A stretch of 64,000 bases of DNA from Candidatus Methanospirareceae archaeon (GTDB taxonomy: Archaea; Halobacteriota; Syntropharchaeia; Alkanophagales; Methanospirareceae): positions 270-64,269 of the forward strand of contig JBNGDK010000004.1 of NCBI GenBank assembly GCA_049975405.1. Direction: 5' to 3'. Positions 38,352-48,814 of the stretch are shown piece after piece. Numbering within the stretch: position 1 is the stretch's first letter; every line of letters starts with the position of its first letter. The notes under the pieces were generated by a model. It ran no database searches. It was not told the DNA's origin and worked only from the letters and a program-made list of their open reading frames with translations. A program made the translations under genes and the position numbers.

Positions 38352-39641
38352 GTGAAGTGGCTCAGTCGACTCCGTGGCCGGGAGGAAATCGCAGTGCCAA
38401 CCACCGTGGCCTTCGAGGAGCTCGATGCGTGGTTGGCTCAGGTCTCAAAGTCGCTCCTCGGTGATCTCAGTGCGAACGCTGAGCAGGGATATACAGCGAT
38501 CCGTGAGAGTCGTGACCGTCTCAAGCAACGTGTCGCTGAGCTTGGGGACGCGGACTCAACAGAGCAGGTGCCAGATCGTATTGTAAAGATCGGGTTAACG
38601 AGCCGGAAGAAGATGGTCAAGCATCTCCAGGCGATAACCGAAAAGATCACGCTGCCAGCACAGACCGATTATCACACTATTATAGCCTTTCATCATGAGA
38701 CCACCGCGGCGCTCGAATTCCCGTTTGGTAAATCGCAGACTAATATCTACTGTGTCCGCTCGCTCTTCCCTAATGAGATCAAAGAGATCATCAATGAGCT
38801 GAACCAGTTGCGAAGCGGTCTTGACCTGATGATCGCGCCGTTACAGGGCAAAGAGCAGCAGCTCCATGCGTTAGAGCGTGTGCCCGAACTCGCGGCGAGC
38901 AGCAAGCAGCTCCGTGCAGAGCTCCTGCAGGAACGCGAGCATCTCAGCAACCAGGAAAACGAGCTCACAACGCTCAACCAGCGAATTGAGCATGAGTGGA
39001 AGCAGCAGCAAATGCTGGAAGCAAGTGAGGAATGGCATCGGCTCACGACGCTCGAGCACGAGCGATCAGCTTTGCACGCGGAACTGGACGAGCTCGATTC
39101 GAACGTGCAGAAACTTTTTGCACCGCTTTCCAAACCGCTGATGCTGCTCCTGAAACAGGACGAATCTGGTCGGCTCACGCTCGCGCAGACCGATCGGCGC
39201 GCGATCTCGTCGCTGCTCGAATCGCCGAGTCAGGCACTTGAGGACGATATCACGGGATCGCTCAGCAGTATAAAGGGGCTCATTGAGGACGATCCCACGG
39301 TATTGAAGGATCGAAAACGCGAAACTGCACTGAGCTGGCTGGATAAGCTGCTCAAGGCTGATCTCGTCTCGATCGCAGAGAAACGGCGGAGAATACTATC
39401 GCAGATCGCAGAAGTGGAGGCTTCCTGTACGAATGCTGCGATTCGGCATGAGAAAGAGGAGCGCGAACGGGCACTTTCGAGCGCACAGGAGCAACTCACG
39501 CAGGCGGCGGGAGAACGTGATCGCGCAACAAAGCGAATCGCTATGCTCGAAGCAGATCTTGTTAAAACGAAGCAGTCCTTAGATGCCACACTGACTGAGC
39601 TTGCTAATAAGGAAATCGAGTTCGTGCTCGAGGTGCCGTGA
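38352..39641 (+). CDS. Large coiled-coil protein of unknown function
   Basis: 429 aa with extended heptad-like E/Q/L-rich segments and no enzymatic motif. Confidence 0.4.
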   Translation: MKWLSRLRGREEIAVPTTVAFEELDAWLAQVSKSLLGDLSANAEQGYTAIRESRDRLKQRVAELGDADSTEQVPDRIVKIGLTSRKKMVKHLQAITEKITLPAQTDYHTIIAFHHETTAALEFPFGKSQTNIYCVRSLFPNEIKEIINELNQLRSGLDLMIAPLQGKEQQLHALERVPELAASSKQLRAELLQEREHLSNQENELTTLNQRIEHEWKQQQMLEASEEWHRLTTLEHERSALHAELDELDSNVQKLFAPLSKPLMLLLKQDESGRLTLAQTDRRAISSLLESPSQALEDDITGSLSSIKGLIEDDPTVLKDRKRETALSWLDKLLKADLVSIAEKRRRILSQIAEVEASCTNAAIRHEKEERERALSSAQEQLTQAAGERDRATKRIAMLEADLVKTKQSLDATLTELANKEIEFVLEVP

Positions 39642-39737
39642 TTACGCGTTCGTTACCCGAACAGCGATTGATGCAACCGAATCAATTTTCTGTTTTTAGC
39701 CCGGTTTCGTTGCCGTGCTCTCCGGATGCCCGTGCCC

Positions 39738-41120
39738 CTATCCCTCTTCCTGTATCACGGGGAACCCTTTGGCGGTCCACGCGCGCATACTGCCGAGCAC
39801 GTCGCAGCAGATATTGGTAAAGCCCGCGCGGAGCAGGATACTCGCCGCCAGGCTTGCACGGTGGCCGATATTGCAGAAAACGGAGATGGGACGATCACGT
39901 GGGACTTCATCCAGCCGATTCTGAAGCTGCCCCACATAAATATGGAGCGCGTCTTTGATATGCCCGTCTCGCCATTCATTCTCGTCACGCACGTCGAGCA
40001 CAAGGAGATCCTCACCGCTCTCAAGCCGATTTTTCAGCGTGCCCACCGTCGAGAGCCCCGGTCGCTCGACCGGAAGACCGGCATTGTACCATCCGACGAT
40101 ACCGCCTTTCAGATACCCAGCGATCTGGTCATATCCCAGACGAACGAGGTAGCGGACCGCGGTCTCGAGCTCGGTACTGGACTCGAGCACCAGGAGCAGC
40201 GACGCATCGTAAGAGAGGACCCAGCCCGCAAAGGCAGGTATCCCGCCGAGCCAGATATTGTACGCGCCTTTAATATGGGCCCCGCCAAAACCCGCTGGAG
40301 TCCTGGCATCGAGCACAACCGCGCCGTGCTCCAGTTCTTTCTTGAACTCGCTGGGCGGTAACGGCGGTGGTAGAGAGATTCTACCCAGTCGCGGTGCGCC
40401 TTCAAGATTGTACCGTTCCATCTGGCGGAAATAGGGCGGACGTTCATGGTGCTCGCGAAGCTTGTAAGCGACGAATTCCTCCCTGGTTCGCAACTGCAGT
40501 ACGGGATTCTGCATCCGCTCAACACCTAATGTGCTTTCATTTCGATCGCTGATATGACCGCCGCAGACCGAGCCAGCACCGTGAGCGGGACAGAGGATAA
40601 CGCCATCGCCGAGCGCGAGAAGCTTCTCAAATATGCTCTCGTAGAGCAAACCTGCCAGTCTTGGCGCTTCGTCTGGCCCGTACAGATCTGTTCTACCCAC
40701 GTCACTGACAAAGAGCGCATCGCCCGTGAAGACCATGATCGGCTCCGAACCTGTCGATCGGTCTGTCAATACGTACGACATGCTCTCGTCAGTGTGGCCC
40801 GGCGTGTGCAGTGCTGAGAGCTCCAGACGTCCGATCTGGTATACCGCGCCCTCACGCAGCGCTGTACCGTAGCCCCATTCCAGACCCGCCCCGTGAAAGA
40901 TCTCTGCACCGGTGCGCTCAGACAGCTCGATCGAACCAACGATATAGTCCTCATTCCGATGTGTCTCGAAGATGTATTTGATATGCATCTCCTCACGCGC
41001 TGCCAACTCGAGATAAATCTCGATATCCCTGCGCGGATCAACAACCGCTGCGGTATCCTGTGAGCCGAAAAAGTACGAGTTATGCGCCAAACCCTGCGCG
41101 GTAATTCGTTTAAAGATCAC
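39738..41120 (-). CDS. MBL-fold domain fused to tandem rhodanese domains (persulfide-dioxygenase/rhodanese-like architecture)
   Basis: 460 aa. The N-terminal MBL fold carries an atypical metal motif FETHRNEDY at the HxHxDH position, and HTPGHTD follows. The C-terminus has two rhodanese-like modules, the last with a CDVLGSMRA Cys loop. Confidence 0.7.
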   Translation of the reverse strand: MIFKRITAQGLAHNSYFFGSQDTAAVVDPRRDIEIYLELAAREEMHIKYIFETHRNEDYIVGSIELSERTGAEIFHGAGLEWGYGTALREGAVYQIGRLELSALHTPGHTDESMSYVLTDRSTGSEPIMVFTGDALFVSDVGRTDLYGPDEAPRLAGLLYESIFEKLLALGDGVILCPAHGAGSVCGGHISDRNESTLGVERMQNPVLQLRTREEFVAYKLREHHERPPYFRQMERYNLEGAPRLGRISLPPPLPPSEFKKELEHGAVVLDARTPAGFGGAHIKGAYNIWLGGIPAFAGWVLSYDASLLLVLESSTELETAVRYLVRLGYDQIAGYLKGGIVGWYNAGLPVERPGLSTVGTLKNRLESGEDLLVLDVRDENEWRDGHIKDALHIYVGQLQNRLDEVPRDRPISVFCNIGHRASLAASILLRAGFTNICCDVLGSMRAWTAKGFPVIQEEG

Positions 41121-41300
41121 AGCCTTTGCCTCCTACCCATCATAGGCGCGCATCTACATATAAAGAGCGAGACACCTGCAGTGCAGGCAAACAGGTATAC
41201 TTCACTCTTTTTATCACAGAAAATATCACTTCAGTCAGGGGGAACATAGTAAACGAAAGCTCAAGCAGGGGGATCTCAGCTACCTGCATCTCACTGAGAA

Positions 41301-42164
41301 ATGATCATTGATGCGCGTGTGCGGCCGCCGTACAAGAGTTTGCAGCAAGTGCTGGCATCCACGCCGGGAGCGCGGCCATCGGTCAAGCGCAGCCCACTTG
41401 TTAGCGGCTACGAACGGTCAGCGTCGATGGCCCGGAAATCGCTCGAGCTCTTCCTCGCGGAGATGGATGAGGCGGGCATTACCCGGGGCGTGCTGGTAGG
41501 CCGCCAGGCAGGACATCGGTTGGCCTCAAATGATGATATCGCAGAACTCCGTGACCGGTATCCCGACCGGTTTCCCGTGGCGCTCGCAGGCATTAACGGA
41601 ACAGATGTGAGTGCGGCGGTCGCGGAGATCGAGCGCACAATCACCGATCTGAAGTTTAAGGGCGTTGCGATCGATCCCGGCTGGTGGACGCCACCATGCT
41701 ACGTGGATGATAACCGCATTTATCCGCTGTATGCGACGTGTGCGGAGCTTGGCGGCGTGCTGTACCTCACCTGCAGCTTAATGCAGGGCCCGGATATTTC
41801 GTACGCAGAGCCATATCGCATCCAGCGGGTCGCGAATGACTTTCCCACCCTGAAAATCGTCGTGGTGCATGGCGCATTCCCCTTTATCCACGAGATGATC
41901 GGGGTGATGATCGCGAATGCGTCGCTCGGTAATTTGTGGGTGCTGCCCGATTTCTTCCAGTTTATTCCCGGCTTCCCGGGCGCACAGGACTGGGTAGCCG
42001 CCGCGAACCAGTATCTGGGCGATCGAATACTCTACGGCTCGTCATATCCCGTGAGGCCGTTGCAGCAGAGCCTGGAAGAGTTTACGAGATTCTCGTACAG
42101 GCCCGAGGTGCTGGAGCGATTGCTCTGGAAGAATACTGCAGAGCTGTTTGGAATAAGGGAGTAA
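41301..42164 (+). CDS. Amidohydrolase-2 family metal-dependent hydrolase (TIM barrel)
   Basis: 287 aa, beginning MIIDARVRPP. There is a later HGAFPF, and the length and pattern fit COG2159-like amidohydrolases. Confidence 0.6.
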   Translation: MIIDARVRPPYKSLQQVLASTPGARPSVKRSPLVSGYERSASMARKSLELFLAEMDEAGITRGVLVGRQAGHRLASNDDIAELRDRYPDRFPVALAGINGTDVSAAVAEIERTITDLKFKGVAIDPGWWTPPCYVDDNRIYPLYATCAELGGVLYLTCSLMQGPDISYAEPYRIQRVANDFPTLKIVVVHGAFPFIHEMIGVMIANASLGNLWVLPDFFQFIPGFPGAQDWVAAANQYLGDRILYGSSYPVRPLQQSLEEFTRFSYRPEVLERLLWKNTAELFGIRE

Positions 42165-42203
42165 TGACAGACCTTATCGCAGTTACTCTCACATGTAAAG
42201 GGC

Positions 42204-43229
42204 TTGAAGAAACGGTGGCGAATGAGAAATAAAATGCCCGAAGAGAGTGCCAACCTCAAAGCTGAACTGGTGGCTATTGGAACAGTTGTTGTGGACGAGT
42301 CTGTGCTCCCAGGCATCTCCGTCTCTTCTGCGGGCCCCGGCACGGGGCTCAAAGCGATCTTCTTCCGATTCAACGGGCACCGTGTGCGCCTGGAGCTCAC
42401 AAAGGACTCACCGCTCAAGATGCTCAAGGCGAACGGCGACGTGATCATCCTGAAGGACGGCAAGGAGCTGGTACGGGGCGAGCTCGAGCAGATCCTTGCG
42501 CATTGCCCAGAGCAGGCGTACATCACGCTGAGTGGGCGCTGCGTTTATGATTGCAAATTCTGCTCCGTGCCCATTCTGCAGGGTGGAATCAAGACGCTGG
42601 ACGAGGTCCTCGGAATGGTTGAACGAGCAGCGAAGACGGGTAAGCTGAGGGCGATCGCGCTCACCACGGGCGTTGCGCACTCACCGGAGGAGGAGATAGA
42701 CCGCGTAATTGACGTCGTGATCGCGTTGCGGCGGTTCAACCTGCCTATTGGCGCCTCGGTCCATCCCACCACTGATTCATCACAGCGGCTCAAGGATGCG
42801 GGCGTTACGGAGGTGAAGTACAACGTAGAGACGATGGACCGCACGATCTTCGAACGGGTCTGCAGCGGCCGGAAAGGCTTATCTCTCGACTTCATCCTGG
42901 ATTCGTTACGGGATGCTGTGCGGATCTTTGGAAAGAATCGCGTCTCTACGAATTTCATCATCGGGCTCGGTGAAACGGACGAGTGTGTGCATGCGGGTGT
43001 GGAGTATCTGGCGAAGATGGGTGTTATTCCCATTCTCCGACCGCTCACGATCCCGCCGCTCCGCAAAGACGACTTAGAAGGGGCGAGCAGACCAAGTGGT
43101 GAACGGCTGCTGAAGCTCGGCAGGATGACCCGCGACATATTAGAAACGTACGGGCTTAACGTGAAGGAATCGCAGACAATGTGTCTCCCGTGCACCGGCT
43201 GCGACCTTACTCCCGTTCGCGATGTATGA
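42204..43229 (+). CDS. Radical SAM protein with an N-terminal extension of about 100 aa
   Basis: 341 aa with a CVYDCKFCS (CxxxCxxC) cluster motif and C-terminal CLPCTGC cysteines. The probable start is MPEESANL at about 42234. Confidence 0.7.
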   Translation: MKKRWRMRNKMPEESANLKAELVAIGTVVVDESVLPGISVSSAGPGTGLKAIFFRFNGHRVRLELTKDSPLKMLKANGDVIILKDGKELVRGELEQILAHCPEQAYITLSGRCVYDCKFCSVPILQGGIKTLDEVLGMVERAAKTGKLRAIALTTGVAHSPEEEIDRVIDVVIALRRFNLPIGASVHPTTDSSQRLKDAGVTEVKYNVETMDRTIFERVCSGRKGLSLDFILDSLRDAVRIFGKNRVSTNFIIGLGETDECVHAGVEYLAKMGVIPILRPLTIPPLRKDDLEGASRPSGERLLKLGRMTRDILETYGLNVKESQTMCLPCTGCDLTPVRDV

Positions 43230-43290
43230 GCGCTTCGGCTTCCGCTCCTCATACCCTAACGACTTTTAACGTCCCTCACTGCGCTGAGCC

Positions 43291-44301
43291 TTAGAGCCAC
43301 TGCTCGATGCTTAGTTGCATCTTCTTCGCTTTGGTTGCATCGGGCTGCACCGCGAGCTTCTCGAGCGCCTTACGCACCCGCTCTTCGGAAAAATCGTGCT
43401 CCTCGCAGAGGAATTCGAGCACTTTCACCTCGTTCACCGCGCCCCACGCGAGCTCGTATGACTCGTTCACCGCGGGCTGCAAAAAGATCTCACGCACGCG
43501 CTCGTAGCCTTCTAGCCCTTCGGTCTCCGCGAGCGCACCTGCTTCCAGGATCTGCTCGATACCGTGATGCTCTCTGACGAGTTTGAGCGCGCGTTTCGCG
43601 CCAATGCCCTTCACGCCCGGGTTGAAATCGGTGCCGATAAGGATAGCGATGTCCACGAGCTCTTCTCTGGATATGCCGTGCTCTGCTTCGACCTCGTGTA
43701 ACGATATGAGCTCGAGCTTAGCGTCGCGCCGCGGTGCGGTGAGATTCCGGATCATCATGGGCGCGCCGAAGAGCAGGCAGTCGAAGTCCTGAGAGGAGAC
43801 GAGTTCGGCATCGCCTTTATGGACCATGTAAGCGGCCTGCGCCTCCCCTTCCGTTGGTGCCTGCACGCAGGGAACGCCCAGATACCCCAGAAGGATGTGC
43901 GCATCCTCGATGATCTGATCGCTGAGTCGTGTCGAGGCTTTAGCGTACTTCAATGCCTCTTCGGGCGCCACCACTTTCGCCAGTTCCCATTTCTGACGCG
44001 CTTCCCTGCGCCGCTCAGACCGCGCCTGTATCACCTCGGTCTTCAGCTCTGAAGGTTGACCATCGAAGACGAGGATCGGTTTTATGTGCCGCTCCAGTAA
44101 CCGGGACGTGCGGTAGATCAAGCCAGAAAGATGCGAGGTGACACGGCCCTGGGCGTCCTTGAGCGGCGTGCCGTCCGGCTGGCGGATGATGCTCAGGAAC
44201 TGGTAGAGCGTATTATAAGCGTCGATCGCAACGATCTTGCCGGACAATGCCTCTAACTTCGTTGCACGGGGCGATACAAGATCGCTGATGGTAACTCCCA
44301 T
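43291..44301 (-). CDS. fen: Flap endonuclease FEN-1
   Basis: 336 aa with N and I nuclease domains (GKIVAIDAYNTLYQF...) and a C-terminal PCNA-interaction tail (QLSIEQWL). Confidence 0.95.
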   Translation of the reverse strand: MGVTISDLVSPRATKLEALSGKIVAIDAYNTLYQFLSIIRQPDGTPLKDAQGRVTSHLSGLIYRTSRLLERHIKPILVFDGQPSELKTEVIQARSERRREARQKWELAKVVAPEEALKYAKASTRLSDQIIEDAHILLGYLGVPCVQAPTEGEAQAAYMVHKGDAELVSSQDFDCLLFGAPMMIRNLTAPRRDAKLELISLHEVEAEHGISREELVDIAILIGTDFNPGVKGIGAKRALKLVREHHGIEQILEAGALAETEGLEGYERVREIFLQPAVNESYELAWGAVNEVKVLEFLCEEHDFSEERVRKALEKLAVQPDATKAKKMQLSIEQWL

Positions 44302-44510
44302 GGTTCGTGGTGGTGAAGGGGTGAATGCCTATGATTGTGGTCACAATAAGACCACTCACTATCTGTAGATGTGTGCGCGAGCTTAATAAATCGAGTACCC
44401 AGAATCTATACATATTACGATCTGGATTCGCGGCACGTAAATACAGATTCGCGGAGGGCGTAGCAATGAACTCAAAAGAGTAGCTATACCTGACCATTCA
44501 ATATGACCAT

Positions 44511-47500
44511 TCAATACAGCCTTATCGCCGGTATCCAGTGCTCGTGTCGCTTACCGTTGACATCCACGAACTCCTCACAGGTGATAACCCCGCCAGTTGC
44601 GTTCCATGAGGGTCCATGGATGATCTGCGGATATGAACCGGTGCGTATGGTGTAGTTGTAGGTTTCGTTGGCGTAGAGCGTAAAACCACTGTAGTCTTGC
44701 CCGGAAGGAGCACCTCCTCCTCCACCACGACTAGGTAGGTTCGAGTTGTAAGTCTGGTTTGCAGATTCAGGAAATGGTTCATCAAACGTGAGGTTATGCC
44801 AGTCGCCGGTGTAGCCGTTCCACGTTGCGGTTACGTTCCAGCCGGTGCTGTTCCATATCTTCACGTATTCGGTATGCCCGCCCGATCCAGGATAGGAGTA
44901 GGTGTATAGCTTGGTAATGTTACGAAGATCGCAGCAAGGTGTAATAGTGCCGTTGTGCGTGCCTGAGATGCTCGGATAGGCGCCATTGCCGGTATCAAAC
45001 ATGTGCGGTGCCGCAACCACTACTAATGGCAGATAATCCTTGTTCGTGCCGCCTGGAATATCATAAGGTATATCTCCAAATCCATCGCCGTTTATATCTT
45101 CGCCCGTATAATCGCTCCAGTAGTTGCCGCCGAGCCACGAGCCGCCTAGGATGTTCGGTCCTGCAGTTTTACTGATGTTCCAGATGTTAATTCCGCCATC
45201 GTAAGCGTTTATTGGGTTGTCGAAGTAGTTGTTATAGATGGCATTGTTGCTTGAAGAATCAAACTCAATGCCGTAGGTGCTGTTCGATGCAATGTTGCCC
45301 ATCATCGTGTTGTTGCTTGAAAAATACAGTATAATACCGTTGTATGTGTTCGAGTTAGCGCTGTTGTTGGTGAGCGTGTTGTTGCTCGAATCAACCAGGA
45401 GAATGCCGTCGTTGCTGTTCAAATTAGCAGTATTACCCTTCAGCGTGTTATTACTTGAAGAAACCAATTGAATGCCGGCACCTTTGTTCAAGTTGGCGGT
45501 ATTACCCGTCAGCGTGTTGTTGTATGCATAAAACAGACCAATGCCGTCGAAATTATTCAAGGCGGTATTATTAGTCAGAGTGTTGTTGCTCGAAGCATAC
45601 AGGATAATGCCAAAATAGTTGTTCGATGCGGTGTTGTTGATAATAATGTTGTTATTTGAGGAGATTGAGATTCCTGCTTGCGGATAATTGGTCGCGTTTA
45701 TCGCTGTAAAGCCGTCCAGAACAATACCATCGTGAGAGAGCGTAATTGCGCTTCCTATATCGTCAGCATCTACAACGGGTTGACCGCCGCCCGTATCATT
45801 GCCGCGCAAAATGAGTTGTTTTGTCACGTTCACTCTTTCAGGATAAGTACCCGAGTCTACCAGAATCATATGCCCATCCAGGGTATTAGCATCATCAATT
45901 GCTGCTTGTATAGTGGCAAAGTCCTCGCTCGTGTTGAGATTATGGACCGAGGGAAAAGCCACAATGTAGTAGCTCTCGCCATTGAGTGAGACGGTGCAAA
46001 AATGAGAAATGTAGTTCCCGTATACCCCCACCCGATCACCGACATCGATATGAGATTCATAATATCCTATCGGGGGAGATGGTACCAAATCAACCCTTAG
46101 AGTAGCACAGGAAGTCTGCGGGCCTGAGATGATCTCTTCTACCGTTACATTCCACCATAACGCTCCGGGCTGCCCCGGGGGGTTCTTAGCCGTGACCCTG
46201 CCCGTGAACCGGATCTCCTGTGCGGCATCGACATCGAAAGCAAGCATCTCTATTTGGTCATCGCTTCCCGCCATGTAAATAGCATCTTCGATGATTTCCA
46301 AGATTTGTGATTGACTCTTTCCAGCTATAACACCGAGAGCGGCCAGCGTTAACGAGCCTCCACCTCCTCCGGTCTTTGTGTACTCGTTATCACGTCCAGG
46401 ATGAAGCACCACGGCGATCCAGCTGCCAAGGTCTAAGCCTTCCGTCATGGTTTCGTTCTCACTGAATTCGTTTTCGTACACCGAGGCAGCACCTTTCACA
46501 ATTCCACCTAACACAGTGGCAGCATGGCCCGTTTTCCAGCCCTTGGGACCTACAAGAACATAATCAACAGCATTCACACCGGTTGCCGTTCCCTCAAAAT
46601 AATAGTTATCTCCTTCTGCAACGACGGCCCGTGGCTGTGTTGCAGTCAGTCCCGGATAGATTAATCGTATCGTTATGCTTCCATCAGGATCTACGCTTGC
46701 GTAATCTCCAGGATAAATATTCCATTGTTTAGCATCATCGATGTACCCCTCGATCGTGTACGAACCGACTGTCATGCCCGAGGTGTCCCACTCCACCGTG
46801 AATTCCTTGTTCTCGTCCACTGCTTTATCGTTTGCTATTTGTTTCTGGTTTTTAACGATCACGTCAATGAACCTACCGGCATCTATCGCACCATTAATAT
46901 TTACCTTTTCGCCGATGATCGCCGTAGCAGGAACATCGAACGTTACTGTTGGTGGCATAACGGTAACATTTACGCTATCACTATCCTCAAAGGCTACGAT
47001 ATCCGCATCGTTCGCCCATGCCCCCCCAGGGTCATCAGGAGGAAGAAGAGGCCCACGTGCGTCTTCAGGTGCCTTGTACACTTTTATCGTGTACGTTCTC
47101 TGATCTGCAGCGGTTGTGGAAACTTTAAAATCGGCAATGCCATCTGAACCCGTCTTAAGCCATGCGGCTAAATTGGGTGCACCCGCAGAGATTACCGCAT
47201 TTCCAGATAATGCTTTTACATCACCAACAGGTTTTATTTCCGGTGCTTTATATTCGCTCACATTGGTAACAACGACATAAAACCAACTGTTTGGAACGCC
47301 TTGAACGGTCAGTACCATGTCCATCCCACGTACGACGGTATCATCGGCCGCCCCTATTGAGAGATTTTCACTAATAATAACGAAAGAGTTTGTAACCTCC
47401 GGGATAACATCGCTTACCCAACCGGATTTCAAGTACTTGTATCCATTGAAATCGATTTTCAACGGCAAAACATCAAATGACACGGGCCCGTACCAGTATG

Positions 47501-47804
47501 GAGCTCCAGCAATGATGTAGCCGCCGTCGGTCGTCTGCTGTACTGAGGAACCAACATCTAAGAAAGACCCGCCAAACGTCCTGTTCCGTTCTTCTTCTGA
47601 TGTTGCTATTCCGGGGATGCATCCTACGCTTATGAATACCCACGTTGCTAAAATGAGTGCCACCAGAAGGGCCTTCAAAATCCAGCTTTCGCTGTTCGTT
47701 TTTAAGCACCCCCCGTTAACCCTAGATAGGTAAAATGTGGATATAAGCTTTTCGGTTTTTTGCACGCTCAACTCATGACCGCTGGGTATCGCACGCCAAA
47801 ACAT
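44511..47804 (-). CDS. Large secreted/cell-surface protein with parallel beta-helix (NosD/PbH1-like) repeats, predicted glycoprotein
   Basis: 1097 aa with an N-terminal hydrophobic signal/anchor (LKALLVALILATWVFISVGC). About 8 tandem repeats of roughly 22 aa (SSNNTLTGNTANLNxGxGIxL) lie at 45250-45660. There are dozens of NxS/T sequons. Confidence 0.75.
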   Translation of the reverse strand: MFWRAIPSGHELSVQKTEKLISTFYLSRVNGGCLKTNSESWILKALLVALILATWVFISVGCIPGIATSEEERNRTFGGSFLDVGSSVQQTTDGGYIIAGAPYWYGPVSFDVLPLKIDFNGYKYLKSGWVSDVIPEVTNSFVIISENLSIGAADDTVVRGMDMVLTVQGVPNSWFYVVVTNVSEYKAPEIKPVGDVKALSGNAVISAGAPNLAAWLKTGSDGIADFKVSTTAADQRTYTIKVYKAPEDARGPLLPPDDPGGAWANDADIVAFEDSDSVNVTVMPPTVTFDVPATAIIGEKVNINGAIDAGRFIDVIVKNQKQIANDKAVDENKEFTVEWDTSGMTVGSYTIEGYIDDAKQWNIYPGDYASVDPDGSITIRLIYPGLTATQPRAVVAEGDNYYFEGTATGVNAVDYVLVGPKGWKTGHAATVLGGIVKGAASVYENEFSENETMTEGLDLGSWIAVVLHPGRDNEYTKTGGGGGSLTLAALGVIAGKSQSQILEIIEDAIYMAGSDDQIEMLAFDVDAAQEIRFTGRVTAKNPPGQPGALWWNVTVEEIISGPQTSCATLRVDLVPSPPIGYYESHIDVGDRVGVYGNYISHFCTVSLNGESYYIVAFPSVHNLNTSEDFATIQAAIDDANTLDGHMILVDSGTYPERVNVTKQLILRGNDTGGGQPVVDADDIGSAITLSHDGIVLDGFTAINATNYPQAGISISSNNNIIINNTASNNYFGIILYASSNNTLTNNTALNNFDGIGLFYAYNNTLTGNTANLNKGAGIQLVSSSNNTLKGNTANLNSNDGILLVDSSNNTLTNNSANSNTYNGIILYFSSNNTMMGNIASNSTYGIEFDSSSNNAIYNNYFDNPINAYDGGINIWNISKTAGPNILGGSWLGGNYWSDYTGEDINGDGFGDIPYDIPGGTNKDYLPLVVVAAPHMFDTGNGAYPSISGTHNGTITPCCDLRNITKLYTYSYPGSGGHTEYVKIWNSTGWNVTATWNGYTGDWHNLTFDEPFPESANQTYNSNLPSRGGGGGAPSGQDYSGFTLYANETYNYTIRTGSYPQIIHGPSWNATGGVITCEEFVDVNGKRHEHWIPAIRLY

Positions 47805-48342
47805 ACCAAGGGGACAACTGGTATGAGGTAGAAGAAAGCGGTAATACTCAGAAAGAAACGAGCTGTTTTTTGACCGCTGGTGGCAGATCAGAGCCGCGGA
47901 TCAAAATCGGCTATGCTATGAAGAAGCGATCCGGAAGAAGCGACGCGAGCAGCTATATAGCGAGCTGGTAGAGCTTGCACAAATGAGCTGGTCAAAGCGC
48001 GCGAATGCAGAAGACGGAGCGGTATCAGCGGCGAACGTGGCGATCACCGCTTGAGCACTCATTCTTCACGGACGGTACACTAGGAGATACTATCTCACTT
48101 AAAGAAGAGAGATGCTCGTTTACTGCTGCCCCGCTGAAAAGAAAGCACTCCAGGCGTTCAGCCCCAAATGTGCTTTATATGCTTCTGCCACCTACCTAAA
48201 CGGGTAAAGAAATAAAATACCGTAGGGTCTACTATCAAGAGGCTCAGGTAGTGCGTCACGTTCGTTGCTGTGCTGCTAGCTAGCCACTCAGACTGACCTG
48301 ATACTCACCACGGGATCGAAGAGAAGAAAGAGAAGCGGAAAG

Positions 48343-48813
48343 ATGGATGTCGTTGAAGTTTTGATAGAGGGGGGTAAAGCGAACCCAGGTCCACCCTTAG
48401 GGCCCGCGCTGGGACCCTTAGGAGTCAATATCAAGCAGGTCGTTGCCCAGGTGAACGAGAAGACGAAGGCCTACGAGGGTATGACCGTGCCCGTGAAGAT
48501 TACGGTCGCGGGCGATACCGTGGATATCTCGGTGGGCGTACCGCCGACGGCGGCGCTGATCAAGAAGGAAATCGGGCTCGATAAGGCGAAGACCGATTCA
48601 ACCACCGAGTATACCGGCGAGATCTCGCTCGAGCAACTGAAGAAGGTTGCAGCAATGAAGCGCGAAGGGATTCTGGCCGCCTCGATGAAAGCTGCGGTGA
48701 AGGAGCTGGTCGGTACCTGCGTCTCCATGCGCTTACAGGTCGAGGGCAAGAGCCCGAAGGAGATCCAGCGCGAGATTGACGATGGCGTTTATGACGAGGT
48801 GTTAGGCGAATAA
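48343..48813 (+). CDS. rpl11: 50S ribosomal protein uL11
   Basis: 156 aa with a KANPGPPLGPALGPLGVN proline-rich L11 N-terminus. Confidence 0.95.
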   Translation: MDVVEVLIEGGKANPGPPLGPALGPLGVNIKQVVAQVNEKTKAYEGMTVPVKITVAGDTVDISVGVPPTAALIKKEIGLDKAKTDSTTEYTGEISLEQLKKVAAMKREGILAASMKAAVKELVGTCVSMRLQVEGKSPKEIQREIDDGVYDEVLGE

Positions 48814-48814
48814 G

